Shown: positions 1-12,117 of the stretch, one piece after another | Layout: every line of letters starts with the position of its first letter | Numbering within the stretch: the stretch's first letter is position 1 | Source: Octopus sinensis | Lineage: Eukaryota | Reading direction: 5' to 3' | Assembly (NCBI RefSeq): GCF_006345805.1 | Contig: NC_043002.1 | Span: 62,000,001-62,064,000 of the forward strand | Length of the DNA stretch: 64,000 nt | Made by a program: the position numbers and the translations under genes | Notes under the pieces: generated by a model | What the model saw: the letters and a program-made list of their open reading frames with translations, nothing else | Databases searched by the model: none | Told to the model about the DNA's origin: nothing

Positions 1-97
1 TCGTCTACTAAACCCATTCACAAAGCTTTAGTCAACCCGAGACAATAGTAGAAGAAAGTTGCTGAAGATGCCACACAGTGGGACTGAACCTGGAACT
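1..97 (-). mobile_element. tRNA-derived CORE-like SINE, family A, partial 5' half
   Basis: Reverse complement matches the 5' half of the full copy at 7173-7575 (cagtcccactgtgtggcatct...gggttgactaaagc...gaatgggtttagtagacga). Confidence 0.7.
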
Positions 98-127
98 TTG
101 TATATATATATATATATATATATATAA

Positions 128-390
128 AGACCTCCTTTTGTCATGAATGAACATGTGAGTGCCCTTAGAATGTTATCCTCCGAGGCACAAGTCCCAGGAT
201 TGCCGTGTCCGGAAGATCACCCTTCCTTCTCCGCGCTACCAATACTATCTAAGGGCAAGGCAAAGACCGATATAGTTTTGCACCAGTGATGTCGCAGCTC
301 ATTTCTACAGCTGTCAACTGGGACAGCATGGGTTAAAGTGTTTTGTTCAAGAACACAACACACTGCCTGGTCCGAGGATAAAACTCCTGA
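128..390 (-). mobile_element. SINE family B, degenerate copy
   Basis: Reverse complement aligns by eye with 13444-13747 (cagctgtagaaatgag...cactggtgc...ggacttgtg...tcattcatgac..aaggaggtct). Confidence 0.65.
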
Positions 391-489
391 CGTACATACA
401 TACATATGCTGCAAGATCATACAGAGTCACACTTCTCACACACTCCACAAACGCGCAGAAGCAGACACACATATACTTGCATATATACT

Positions 490-534
<45 letters not shown>

Positions 535-541
535 TATATAT

Positions 542-589
<48 letters not shown>

Positions 590-1486
590 GAGAGAGATAT
601 GTATACACATACATATGTGTTCATATCTGTATTTATGTATTTGTGTTTTGTTTGTAAATAATAGAGAACATACCGTTGTTTAAAGCCAGACACTTTTAGA
701 TAAGTTCATGCATTTGGTCTGGGATAAATTGTTAAAAAATCAGTCATAACGTTTCTCTTCTTTTTTTTTTAATCAATTCCATGACAATATATTTTTTTTC
801 CCCGTTTCTCTCTTTTCCATTGTGTTTTAACTTCACCATTAATCAGAGTTAGAATACAAAATGGCGACCACATATCGCTTTTGGCATGCATTTATTTTCT
901 TCTTGCCTTTGAATTTCCAAAATATTTACGTTTAATATCATAGCTTTGTATTTAATTTCAGCAAAGCATTAGTGATTAGATAAAATGTCGGATAATACTG
1001 CATTATATTATCATTTACTTCCAATTTAAATGATAACTCCTTATTGATTAAATCGTTATTTTTTTCCTCTCCGCCCTCCTCCTACATATCTATATAATTC
1101 TCCTTGCCTCTTTTGTTTCTCGTTTATGTATCATCCACTGCAATTTTAAACGAATTGGTATATATTTGGTGAGACGTAGTTAAATGTGAGTTTCAGTGAA
1201 CGTTTTTTCATTACGTCGAATATGGTTGAGTCAAGTATAATGGGTTCGTAAGTGATTTAATTAAAAGTTTGTCTAAAGAATATTTGTTTTGAAGGAAGAA
1301 TTTTGATTTGACTTTGCCAAAAATTACTATTCTACTTACGCAAAGCAAGTCATTAAGTGCTGAAAGTATATATATATATATATATAAAAGCAGGGTCTAT
1401 AAGGATTGTTTTTGATTTTCCTGATTTTTTTTTTTGTTCATTCTCAGTTAAATTTCTTCATGTGAATCATTATACTTACAAAGCAA

Positions 1487-1690
1487 GTGGCGGTGAGGTG
1501 ACAGAAACTTTAGCACGCCGGGCGAAATGTTTTGCGGTATTTCGTCTGCCGCTACGTTCTGAGTTCAAATTCCGCCGAGTTGCCCTTTGCCTTTCGTTAT
1601 TTCGGGGTCGATAAATTTAGTACCAGTTACGCACTGGGGCCGATGTAATCGACTTATCCCTCTGTCTGTCCTGGTTTGCTCCCTCTATGT
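1487..1690 (+). mobile_element. tRNA-derived SINE family C
   Basis: Head ggcggtgaggtgacagaa..ttagcacgccgggcgaaatg, B-box-like gagttcaaattcc, then ttcggggtcgataaa..agtaccag. Repeated at 1711, 31180, 46163 and 55613. Confidence 0.75.
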
Positions 1691-1710
1691 TTACCCCAAA
1701 GAAATAAGTA

Positions 1711-1890
1711 TCGTTAGTGCGCTGGGCGAAATGCTTTGTAGTATTTCGGCTGTCGCTCTATTGTGAGTTCAAATTCCGCCGAGGTCGACTATGTCTTTTC
1801 TCATTTCGGGGTCGATGAAGTAAGTACTAGGGTCGATCTAATCCACTGGCCACTGCCCACAAATTTCAGACATTGTGTCTATAGTAAAAA
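1711..1890 (+). mobile_element. SINE family C, second tandem copy
   Basis: tcgttagtgcgctgggcgaaatgc...gagttcaaattccgccgaggtcgact...ttcggggtcgatgaagtaagtac. Confidence 0.7.
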
Positions 1891-2096
1891 ATGATATTTA
1901 CAAGGCATTGTCCATTTTAGACCTGATGTATGTTTTCTGTTTGAAATCACTAATTCTGCTACCAGCTATTTTTCAGTTATTTGTCTTTTATCGCTCACTT
2001 GTTTTAGCAATTAGACTGTGGCAATAATGAGGCAGCGCAATGAAGATATTTTAGCCACCCCGGTATATATTTTTAGACCTGGTATGTATTCTATGT

Positions 2097-2285
2097 TTCG
2101 CCGAACCGCAATGCTACGAGGACGTAAACATACCAGCACCGTTTGTCAAGCGGTAATGGGGACAATCAAACACACACACGCACACATGTATATACGGCGG
2201 GAATTTTTCATTTTCCATCTACGAAATGAACTGACAGCTCTTTGGTTGGTCCGAGGCAATAGTGGAAGACACTTCTCCAAGGTAC
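2097..2285 (-). mobile_element. SINE family A, internal fragment
   Basis: Reverse complement matches the central part of family A (gccgaaccgc...ggacgtaaacataccagcaccg..tgtcaagcg...gaagacacttctccaaggt). Confidence 0.6.
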
Positions 2286-2360
2286 TTTTCTTTTAAATAG
2301 AGATATGTTTTATAAAGTCAGATAAACGAGAATAAGCTAGATAAAACGTATTTTAAAATA

Positions 2361-3606
2361 TTGGATCATCCCTTAAATAATGCAGGTTTTTTTCAATTGC
2401 ATGAACTAAAAGTCGGATGAAGGTCGGATAAATAAACTGCATCAACTTGTTATAAAGGAAGATAGTAATTTCACCTTGTACTTATTCTTGGTGCAAATTT
2501 TGAAGAGTGCAGTTCAATTTTAACAGTTATTTTTTCAAAGCTATAACGGAAGTAACAAAGGAGCGTATTCGGCATATTTTGGTTTATAAGTTCAATAAAG
2601 GCAACAACGGAACGGTAAGTGGGAGGAATGCAGTATTTGGGGATCGGACAATAGGCATAAGCCAGTGTCAACATTGGTTCCAGAAATTCCGGACCGGAAA
2701 TTACAGCGTAGAAGACGAGCCCCGTCCTAGAATACCTGTAGAGCTCAACGAGAACGTCCTGCACACCCTGGTGGAACAAAATCCCATCGTAACTTTTGAG
2801 GAACTTGCAGAGAAGTTTCGATTCGGTCATTCAACTATTCATCGTCACGTGCATGCCATCGAAAAAGTCAGCAAATTGGGTCAATGGGTTCCTTAGAAAC
2901 ATTTCAAGTCTAATCGCACTCAGAGAGTGAATGTGTGCTCTTCTTTGCTGTCACGTATCACACATGAATCTTCTTTTAACTGAATAGCAACTGGTGACGA
3001 GAAATGGGTTCTCTATTAAAATATGAAGCGCCGATGAGAATGAGTAGCGAAAGGAGAAACACCTGCCCTGAAAGTTAAAGGTCTTCTCCCGTGTGAGAAG
3101 TTGTTATCTGGTTGGAGGGATATGAAAGGTTTAGTCCACTTTGAGCTTATAAACCCAAACCAAACGATATGAAAGGAGATCAACTGGGAGCATCTTGAAC
3201 GGGTTAACACTAGAAGAAAAAACGACCATCTTAGGTTTCAAGACGAAAGGTGTTCTTCCATCAGGATAATGCTCAGCCACATACATAGAGGATGGCATTC
3301 CAAAGATTGGAGCAGTTTGAATGGGAAACGATGCCCCACCCTTTATATATCGCCGGATATTTCCCCATTTAAATAAGATTTATTCCACAATTTTCAAAAT
3401 CATTTGGACGGAAGATATACGAATTCTGTAGACGAGATCAGAACAGTACGAGAGGGGTATTTTCGTCACAGACAAGTGAATTTTGGAAGAGGGTCCTTGC
3501 AGTTTTACCAGATAGATGAAAGAGAGTGTATTTTAGATTAAAAGAACTTTATCTTAATTTTGAAAAATAGAAGTATAAAAAAACACTTTATTTAGGGATG
3601 ACCCAA
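2361..3606 (+). mobile_element. Mariner (Tc1/mariner, DD34D-type) DNA transposon, full length but inactive
   Basis: TIRs ttggatcatcccttaaataa (2361) and ttatttagggatgacccaa (ending 3606), TA on both outer sides, 1246 bp long, with internal transposase motifs. Confidence 0.92.
2546..3541 (+). pseudogene. Mariner transposase pseudogene
   Basis: HTH region (WFQKFRTGNYSVEDEPR), GQWVP, TGDEKWVLY, HQDNAQPH and SPDISP-like motifs. Start decayed to ACG; several stops and frameshifts. Confidence 0.9.
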
Positions 3607-3719
3607 TACTTAAGGCTTAGAATAGTGCATACATTGGGCACCACAGTCGCAGAATTGTGGATGATATTGATGTCTCTAATTGGAACATGACTGAGAGAAG
3701 TAGAGAAGTTTACTCACAA

Positions 3720-4278
3720 ATGATGGGATGCAGGGATCAAAATCTGGTGCCGGAATTGTAGGTGCTGGCACGGTAATGCTTTACCTTCATTCGAGACTCA
3801 GAAAAAGAGAGGCAGATAGGAAAAGCCAAAGTTGCTATCTTCATCTCGGTTTTCAGAACTATGGTCTGAAATGTTTTTGTACCGATCGCGTTCAAAGTGG
3901 AATAAACTCGGAGATCAGGGAATGTCTGGGTCGAACCGCTTCTTCTCCCCATTGATAGATCAACGCCCTTGTACTATGAGCATGCAATCTGAATTTTGCA
4001 GGAAAGTTTCACAACACAGATTCTTCAATTCTAGCCAACAATTAGGGAAATTTGTGTTGGACCACGAGCAAGGTGATTGGACAATGTTCATTGTATCGGC
4101 TCGTCACGCTAGGGAAACCACTTTTATGACGGTTACTGCTGATAAGATTCCACGAGCATATTACCTATTATCCTATCACGAAATTTGGCGGAGAAGATGG
4201 TTGGACTGAGAGCGGGAAATTAAAGACGAGCTATAACTAAACGTTCCATTTTGAGAAATTATTGATGCGCTGTTGTAA
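3720..4278 (+). pseudogene. Possible heavily decayed acyl-CoA synthetase (AMP-binding) C-terminal remnant
   Basis: With frameshifts it reads ...LVPEL...LGFQN...KWNKLGDQG...LID-R...KIPRAYYL...WTESGKLK-RRAITKR...EIIDALL*, in the order of ACSL/CAR motifs. Weak, by eye. Confidence 0.25.
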
Positions 4279-5065
4279 TAATGTCAGCAAATTTAAATTT
4301 GCATAAAAAAGTTTGAACGAAGTTATTTCAATTCAGTGTATTGAAGTTACATGCAAATGCAGCTTAAATATAAAGAAAGAAGGAAATTATCTTTAAAATG
4401 TGAATATATAAAGGCTTTCTTGTTATTCTTTTCAAAGAAAATTAGATCAGCACAGAACAAAGTAAGTATATATAACAAAGTAAGTATATATGGATGAAGC
4501 ATTCATTCTTCATATGAGTTTGACATTATGTTGAAATATAAATGCACTGAATGTACTGTTGAAATACTAAAAACAAGAGAACCAAAATAGAAATTTATGT
4601 GCGTGCTTAGGAGCGATTATATGTGCGCATATGAGTGCGTGCGTATTTAGCGTATGTGTGTAATTCTCTTTACCGATATGAGGCGCATACATGTACTTGT
4701 TTGCGAATAAGTGCATTTATGTGTATATTCGTATGTGTCTAAATATAACTGACAATGTTAAAAATATATGTCTACACACGTTCAGCATCACAAATAGAGA
4801 TATTTCTTACTGATGCTTGTTATGAAACTTAACTAAATATGGCGTATTGCTGCGGTCAGCACTTGTATGATTCCACGTGAATATGCAGCAACGTCAATAT
4901 TTATTAACTAGCGTCTATTCATCATTAGACCTATATAGAAGTACACAGATAAATGAATTAAATTAAGCAAATAGAAGCTGCGTTTACGAAAATGCACACA
5001 AAGAAACACGCACACACACACACACACATATATATTTTGTGTGTGTATTTGTGTCTGTATCTGTT

Positions 5066-5103
<38 letters not shown>

Positions 5104-5871
5104 CGTGTGTGTGTGTGTGTGAGTGTGTGTGTGCGTGTGTATAAACTTAGAAGTCTATATTTATACTGATATGCCCCCTGAGATCATTTACGTTTAGAAT
5201 TTTCCTAATTATTCCGACGCATGCGCACAAGCGTAATCACGTACGGGGATTGAGAGAGTTTAAGGGATGTAAGCTGGTATGGGGTTGATTCGCCTTCAGA
5301 TAGATCGATAGAGATAGAAATATAAATAATCTTCTTTAAATAAAGACACACAAGACGCACACATCCATACATACAGATACGCATACATACATGCATATAT
5401 ACATACATAAATATAGGCATGCAGATATGTATACATACATGCATATATACATACAGAATATACACATAGAAACATGCATACATACAGTACATACAGACAT
5501 AAATAGTTACATAGACACACCAACGCCTATATATACACATTTGCATCTATAACACGTGCTTATGTAAGAAAAACACAAATGCATTTATACATACATAAAT
5601 AATTACAGCCATATATATGTATTTATGTGCTTATCTGGTATATCAAATGAAGAAGGCAGAGCTTCCCTGAAGCAAAGACAGAAATCCAGGATCTTGAATT
5701 ATCCTGTAAAATCTTTTTTGCCAGTTTATTTTGTCTTTGTCTTCTCTCATGGCATGATATGAACATTTAAGGTGGTTTTAAGATCAGGGTTTTGACTGCT
5801 ATTTCAGCATGGTGGTATCTCTCAGATACCCTAATTTATAGTTTTATATATATATGTATTAAGTGAAATAC

Positions 5872-5905
<34 letters not shown>

Positions 5906-5907
<2 letters not shown>

Positions 5908-6931
5908 GGCCCTCTCAGACATGCCCTCAGCCACGCAGAGAGCCACGATCACAAGTTATGCAGATGACACAAAAGCTTCACAGGCAATACAAAACCCTGA
6001 AGACACTAAGCACCTGCAATGTGAGCTGGACAAAATATACAAGTGGGCTGAAAAGAATAGCATGCAGTTCAATGCTGAAAAGTTTCAAGCTTTTTGCTAT
6101 CAGCATGCAATACCCAATAAATACACTGGACCTGGAGGGATTGCAATCCCAGAGGCACAATCAGTGCGAGACCTGGGTATTTACATGAGTGATGATGCAA
6201 CCTTTCATGTGTATGTTGCTAAATTGGCAATGAAATGTGGGCGGCTGACCGGATGGATTCTTAGAAGCTTTAGAACAAGAGACCAGGAAACCGTGATGGT
6301 CCTCTGGAAGACACTTGTCCTAAGCCACTTTGATTATTGCTCTCAGCTATGGTCACCATCCAGTGTCAATTTAATCACAGAACTTGAGGCGATCCAACGA
6401 AGCTACACGAAGAAGATAGACTCTGTGCAACATATAAGCTATTGGGAAAGACTCAAGAGATTGAGACTCTATTCCTTAGAGCGTAGGCGAGAAAGATATG
6501 CCATAATATACATCTGGAAGATCCTAGAAGGACTTGTCTCAAACTTTGGCATCGAGAGTTACACAAATGCCAGAACTGGCCGCCACTGCATAGTGCCAAG
6601 GACTCCAAATTTGCCATCAAGATGTAGGCCAAGATACTGTGATAGCCTGGGCTTCTGAGGCCCACAGCTCTTCAATATCCTCCCGAAGAACTTAAGAGAC
6701 CTGCATGGGGTAGATGCAGATGTCTTTAAAATAAAACTGGATCTCTTCTTGTCAGGTGTCCCAGGTGAATAACTTCACAGCAGGAGGTGTAGATGAGGAC
6801 AGCTGCATCGAACTCTCTCATGCACCAAATGGCAATTGCTAAAAAGCATTCGTGAAGTAAAATCATGTAGCAACACCAAATGGCGGTGCCCCAGCATGGC
6901 AACAGCTTGTGAGCTGAAACTAGATAAAAAT

Positions 6932-6933
<2 letters not shown>
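5906..6933 (+). mobile_element. CR1/L2-type LINE, 5'-truncated (RT C-terminus plus 3' UTR)
   Basis: ORF 5906-6658 contains YADDTK, DLGIYMS, FDYCSQLWSP and LYSLERRRERY. The frame continues past a TGA (GPQLFNILP...FKIKLDLFL). The 3' tail ends at an (AT)n run. Confidence 0.88.
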
Positions 6934-6973
<40 letters not shown>

Positions 6974-7172
6974 TGTGTGTATGTGTGTGTACTTGTGTGT
7001 GTGCGTGTGTGTGTGAGTGTGTATAGATTTGACAGTCTTTACATAGAATTTCATCAGTTCTCTTTTTAAGGAAGTCTTTGAAGAAGCTTGTATTCATAGA
7101 TGGGAATTTTTATAAATTCAGTAGGGTATATGAGTCGAAGCACATTTTTGGCATTATATATATATATATATA

Positions 7173-7574
7173 GGCGCAGGAGTGGCTGTGTGGTAAGTAG
7201 CTTGCTAACCAACCACATGGTTCCGAGTTCAGTCCCACTGCGTGGCATCTTGGGCAAGTGTCTTCTGCTATAGCCCCGGGCCGACCAATGCCTTGTGAGT
7301 GGATTAGGTAGACGGAAGCTGAAAGAAGCCTGTCGTATATATGTATATATATATAAGTGTGTGGGTTTGTGTGTCTGTGTTTGTCCCCCTAGCATTGCTT
7401 GACAACCGATGCTGGTGTGTTTACGTCCCCGTCACTTAGCGGTTCGGCAAAAGAGACCGATAGAATAAGTACTGGGCTTACAAAGAATAAGTCCCGGAGT
7501 CGATTTGCTCGACTAAAGGAGGTGCTCCAGCATGACCGCAGTCAAATGACTGAAACAAGTAAAAGAGTAAAGAG

Positions 7575-7575
<1 letters not shown>
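7173..7575 (+). mobile_element. tRNA-derived CORE-like SINE family A, full length
   Basis: A-box-like gtggctgtgtggtaag, B-box-like gagttcagtccc, CORE-like tggcatcttgggcaagtgtctt, internal (TA)/(TG) tract, tail tgctccagcatgaccgcagtcaaatgactgaaacaagtaaaagag. Confidence 0.85.
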
Positions 7576-7609
<34 letters not shown>

Positions 7610-7644
7610 ATGTGTGTGTGTGTGTGTGTGTGTGTTAAATTGTT

Positions 7645-7920
7645 TTATTTCACCTCAATTGGCTCCGCTCTCTTTAATATTACACCAAAAAACATTAAAG
7701 AACAGATAGACCCCCAAAATTTCAAGAACTCTTTGGACAAATTCCTTCAAAAAATCCTGGATAAGCTACCTATAGCCTGACATGTCTCCGTAAACTCTCT
7801 ACTTGTGTAGGCCATGTTGTCCGATTCCTAATCGGAATGACTTGCCGGATGGTGCTATGAAGTTAGACATGGCCTGGACCAATACTGGCCGACACCTATC
7901 AAAGTATCAAAGGATGTTAT
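7645..7920 (+). mobile_element. CR1/L2-type LINE extreme 3' end
   Basis: GSALFNITPKNIKEQIDPQNFKNSLDKFLQKI, similar to 23550-23630. Ends in a short tandem tatcaaag-tatcaaag. Confidence 0.6.
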
Positions 7921-8267
7921 ATCATTACATATATTTTACTGTATTATTATATTTTAAATTAAGTACATTTGTAGCTTATCAATTGTATCTCTGTATTTAA
8001 CATACCTGTATATTGTAATTATAACCTATTATCTGTGGTATTCAACTTTTGAACCAGTGAGAATTGGATATTTTACATCTCTTTGAAGGAATTGTCTTTA
8101 CCTTCGTTTGTTTTATTAATTATATATATGTACATATATATATGTATGCATGTATCTATATGTGCATATATATAACTATATCTCTATTTATCTATCTATC
8201 TATATATATATTTATTATTTATAACTATATCCTATCTATCTATCTATCGATCTATGTATCTATCTAT

Positions 8268-8313
<46 letters not shown>

Positions 8314-9533
8314 ATATATATATACATATATGTAGTTAACTGTATAAACATTCATTTGGTGTCACGTGTTGTTAGTGTACTTCACGTATGTATACGGGTA
8401 CCAAATCCCCTATAAACCGCACATATGACTCAGGGTCGTTTCCAGGCGTTTAGTAGACATAAAAAGAATAACAAGTGACGTTTATCATTTACTTAATGCA
8501 TTTCATTAACATATTATTTATGCATTCATAGATTATATCATACATTAATTCCACCGTCCTGATGTATATTTTAATCATGTATAAACATTGGCCTATTCAA
8601 GAAGCAACGTGTTATATAAGTAATATTTAATATAATACAACAAACGGATTCATAGCGAAATCACACAAATGAAACTGACATGATAGGTGCGAGGAACCTA
8701 TATTTCAAGCAGTTATTAGGATAGCTTCTTGAAATATAGTGGTATCATGACATCCATGATCGTGGTTATCAACTCAGTAATAATCTGGAAAACAGTTGAT
8801 GAGTAATGTGCTCAAGAAGGAATACTGATGAATATTCCTACTCACGAAGCCAGTGGAGCAAGCACGCAATATTAACATATATAATGCGAGCAGGTATGCT
8901 GCAACTCTAAATTCTGCACGTATCAAGAGAGTAAATCAATTTGATAAATTGAGAAGAAATCAAGACCGTCGATGCAATTCATGTTACATATGTTTCATCA
9001 AGCTGCTAATTTGTTTACATATGAATTATTTCAAAGTATGATGTGACATTACAGAAAATTCGTAATTTGTAGTACTGTACCACAAGAGCAAGGGTCCTGC
9101 AAGATCCTTCTCTCGGGGGACTAATGCTATACGCAAGATATATGTGATGGGGTCAAATACTTCGCAGTCCAATTTCACACACGGTTGGAGAATAATGCCT
9201 GATAAGTTAAGAGGAAATAGAGTTTATTAAGTAAGAAAAGTTATGTAAAGTCACATCGTATTTTAAAATTCATCTTATGGAAAGAATCTCCAAGGCTATT
9301 GAAACAGTGCTAGTATGAATTGTCACCACAGTTACTAGTACGTCTTCATTTATATATAGATCTATCTATCTATCTACATATTTATCTCTCTGTATACACA
9401 CACTCTCATATAACACTTTACATTGAGTAGATTTGTAGTAGTTATATTCTGTATTGAGGGACTGATAACTTACGGAATATTACGCAATGCACAGACATAA
9501 GTCCATACATGTATACTTATGCCTATATCTATA

Positions 9534-9566
<33 letters not shown>

Positions 9567-10197
9567 ATATATATATAAATATATATATATGTAACATCTC
9601 TATATAAATATATATATACTGTCATATATATATCTATATCTATATATATATTATAATATATATATATATTATAATATATAAATATATAAACACATACATA
9701 TATAAATACATGGATAGACACATAGATATGTGTATGCGTATGCGTGTGTTTACATACACACATTTGCATATAGAAAACTATATTTGCAAGCAAAGAATTG
9801 TGTGAGCGTTCACGCATGTCTATTTGTACGTATAGATGGAAACATTAATATATTACTATGAGGTATCCACCTAGTTTTTGGAGTTCCACTCAAATTTCAA
9901 GCTATTCATAAAGCCAAGGGCGAAAGCGAGAGTTAAAAATTGTACATTCATGATAACTGTAGAAGCCTTTCACAAAATATGAATTAAAAAGTCCGGTAAC
10001 AAATGATTTCGCCAGAAATTTTCAATAGACTATTATTAATTTTCCTATCCTCTCTCATTCATTACGAGACACAATACATATGGAATGATATCGTGGATGT
10101 AAAATTGCATATATACATACATGTATACATATTATATATATATATATGTATATATTTATATATATGTGTGTAATATATATAAATGTGTGGTACTATA

Positions 10198-10246
<49 letters not shown>

Positions 10247-10316
10247 TATATATATATAATTTCAATTCAAAATATAAAAACAAATTTAAATGTGTTATCA
10301 ACTTTAAATTTGATGT

Positions 10317-10352
10317 AACAACAACAACAACAACATAGTAATAATAATAATA

Positions 10353-10394
<42 letters not shown>

Positions 10395-10418
10395 GAAAAT
10401 AAGAAAATAATTATAATG

Positions 10419-10451
<33 letters not shown>

Positions 10452-10770
10452 TAATAATATAAGAATGATGATAATAATATAATAATAATAATAATAATAA
10501 TTAATAATAATAATATAATAATATAAAAATAATATAAAAATAATAATAATAATGAGAAAAATAGAAGAAGAAGAGAAGAAGAGAAGAAGAAGAAAGAAGA
10601 GAAGAAGCAGAAGAAGAAGAAGGACAGAAAGAGAAGAAAGAAGAAGACGACGAGAGAAGAAGAAGAAGAAGAAGAAAGAAAAGAAGAAGAAGAAAGAAGA
10701 GAAGAAGAAGAAGAAGAAGAAGAAGAAGAAGAAGACTTACAACAATAGTAGTAAATAACAATAATGATAA
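10317..10770. repeat. Compound (AAC)/(AAT)n then (AAG)n microsatellite
   Basis: Visible trinucleotide arrays; source of the spurious poly-K/R/L ORFs. Confidence 0.95.
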
Positions 10771-11035
10771 ATCCAATGATATTTTCCTCATGTTTATATG
10801 TAAGATAGATATTGGTGCACCTTCATGCATAAGTATACACGTAGAGAAAGGTTTTATTGAGATGCACATATTCTCAGGCGCGAATAAATATATATACGTA
10901 TATATGTATGTATGTTTGTATGTTGGCATGCATGTTTTTATGCATACCTGTATGAACGTATATATCTATGTATATATGTGTATGTATGTAAGCATGCATT
11001 TATGAATATATACATATATGCACACACACATACAC

Positions 11036-11069
<34 letters not shown>

Positions 11070-11900
11070 GTGCTCACATAAATATGTGTAAGTGTGTTTA
11101 TGGATGTGTATGTATATATATATATGTATGTGTACATGCATACATATATATACACATACACATGTATATTTGTATGTATATATATAAATATAAGTATACA
11201 TGCACATATATACATATATACATATATATATGTATTTTTATGTGTATGTATATGTATATTTGCATGTGTGCATTTAAGCATATTTCCCTCCATATATGTG
11301 CATGGAACATTTGTTTCTTAGAAAACTGTCTTCAGAAAGCAAAGAGAATGCATTAGAACACTTCAAATACGGGGATCTAGTGAAATTTTATCAAAAATAA
11401 TTTAGCTGGTTTGATTATTTCATATCGCCTTCCGTTCCTGTTTTATTTCTGTGCATTGCAGTGTAATAAATATTTTAATATTTTAGAGATTGTTCTCTTT
11501 AATTCCTAATATAATAGAAAGCTACAGCCAAAAAAAAAAAAAAGACAGCTTTTTATCATTTCAATTTTGAATTGCCTTAACTTTTTTTTATTGATAATCT
11601 TCCATTTTGTATGTGGTATCTTTGTCTCTTTGAAATATATCAATGAATGAAAATTGCATGGATTCTACAAAATTATATAATAGTCACTTATTAAAACTAA
11701 TCTGACGTCATCTCGCAGTTACTGGCAATGTAATTTGCGGTTTGCATATATATGTTCGAACACGCACACGTGCATACACAATCACACACACACACACACA
11801 CACACACACATCTATATATATAAATCTACTTATCTATCTATCGATCTATCTATCTATCTATATTTATCTATCTATCTATTTATTATCTATTATCTATCTC

Positions 11901-11985
<85 letters not shown>

Positions 11986-12117
11986 CTGTCGGTCTATCTG
12001 TCTGTCTGTCTCTCAGTGTGTCTATCTATCTATTTATCCATCAGGCTGCCTATATATATATCTATCTGTTATTCTATCTGTCTCTCTATCCATCCATCCA
12101 TCCATCCATCCATCCAT

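Noticed and set aside
3718-3790. Minus-strand exon ending at a GTGAGT donor (SITVPAPTIPAPDFDPCIPSF)
   Set aside because: No convincing acceptor, in-frame stops just upstream, and no recognisable protein.
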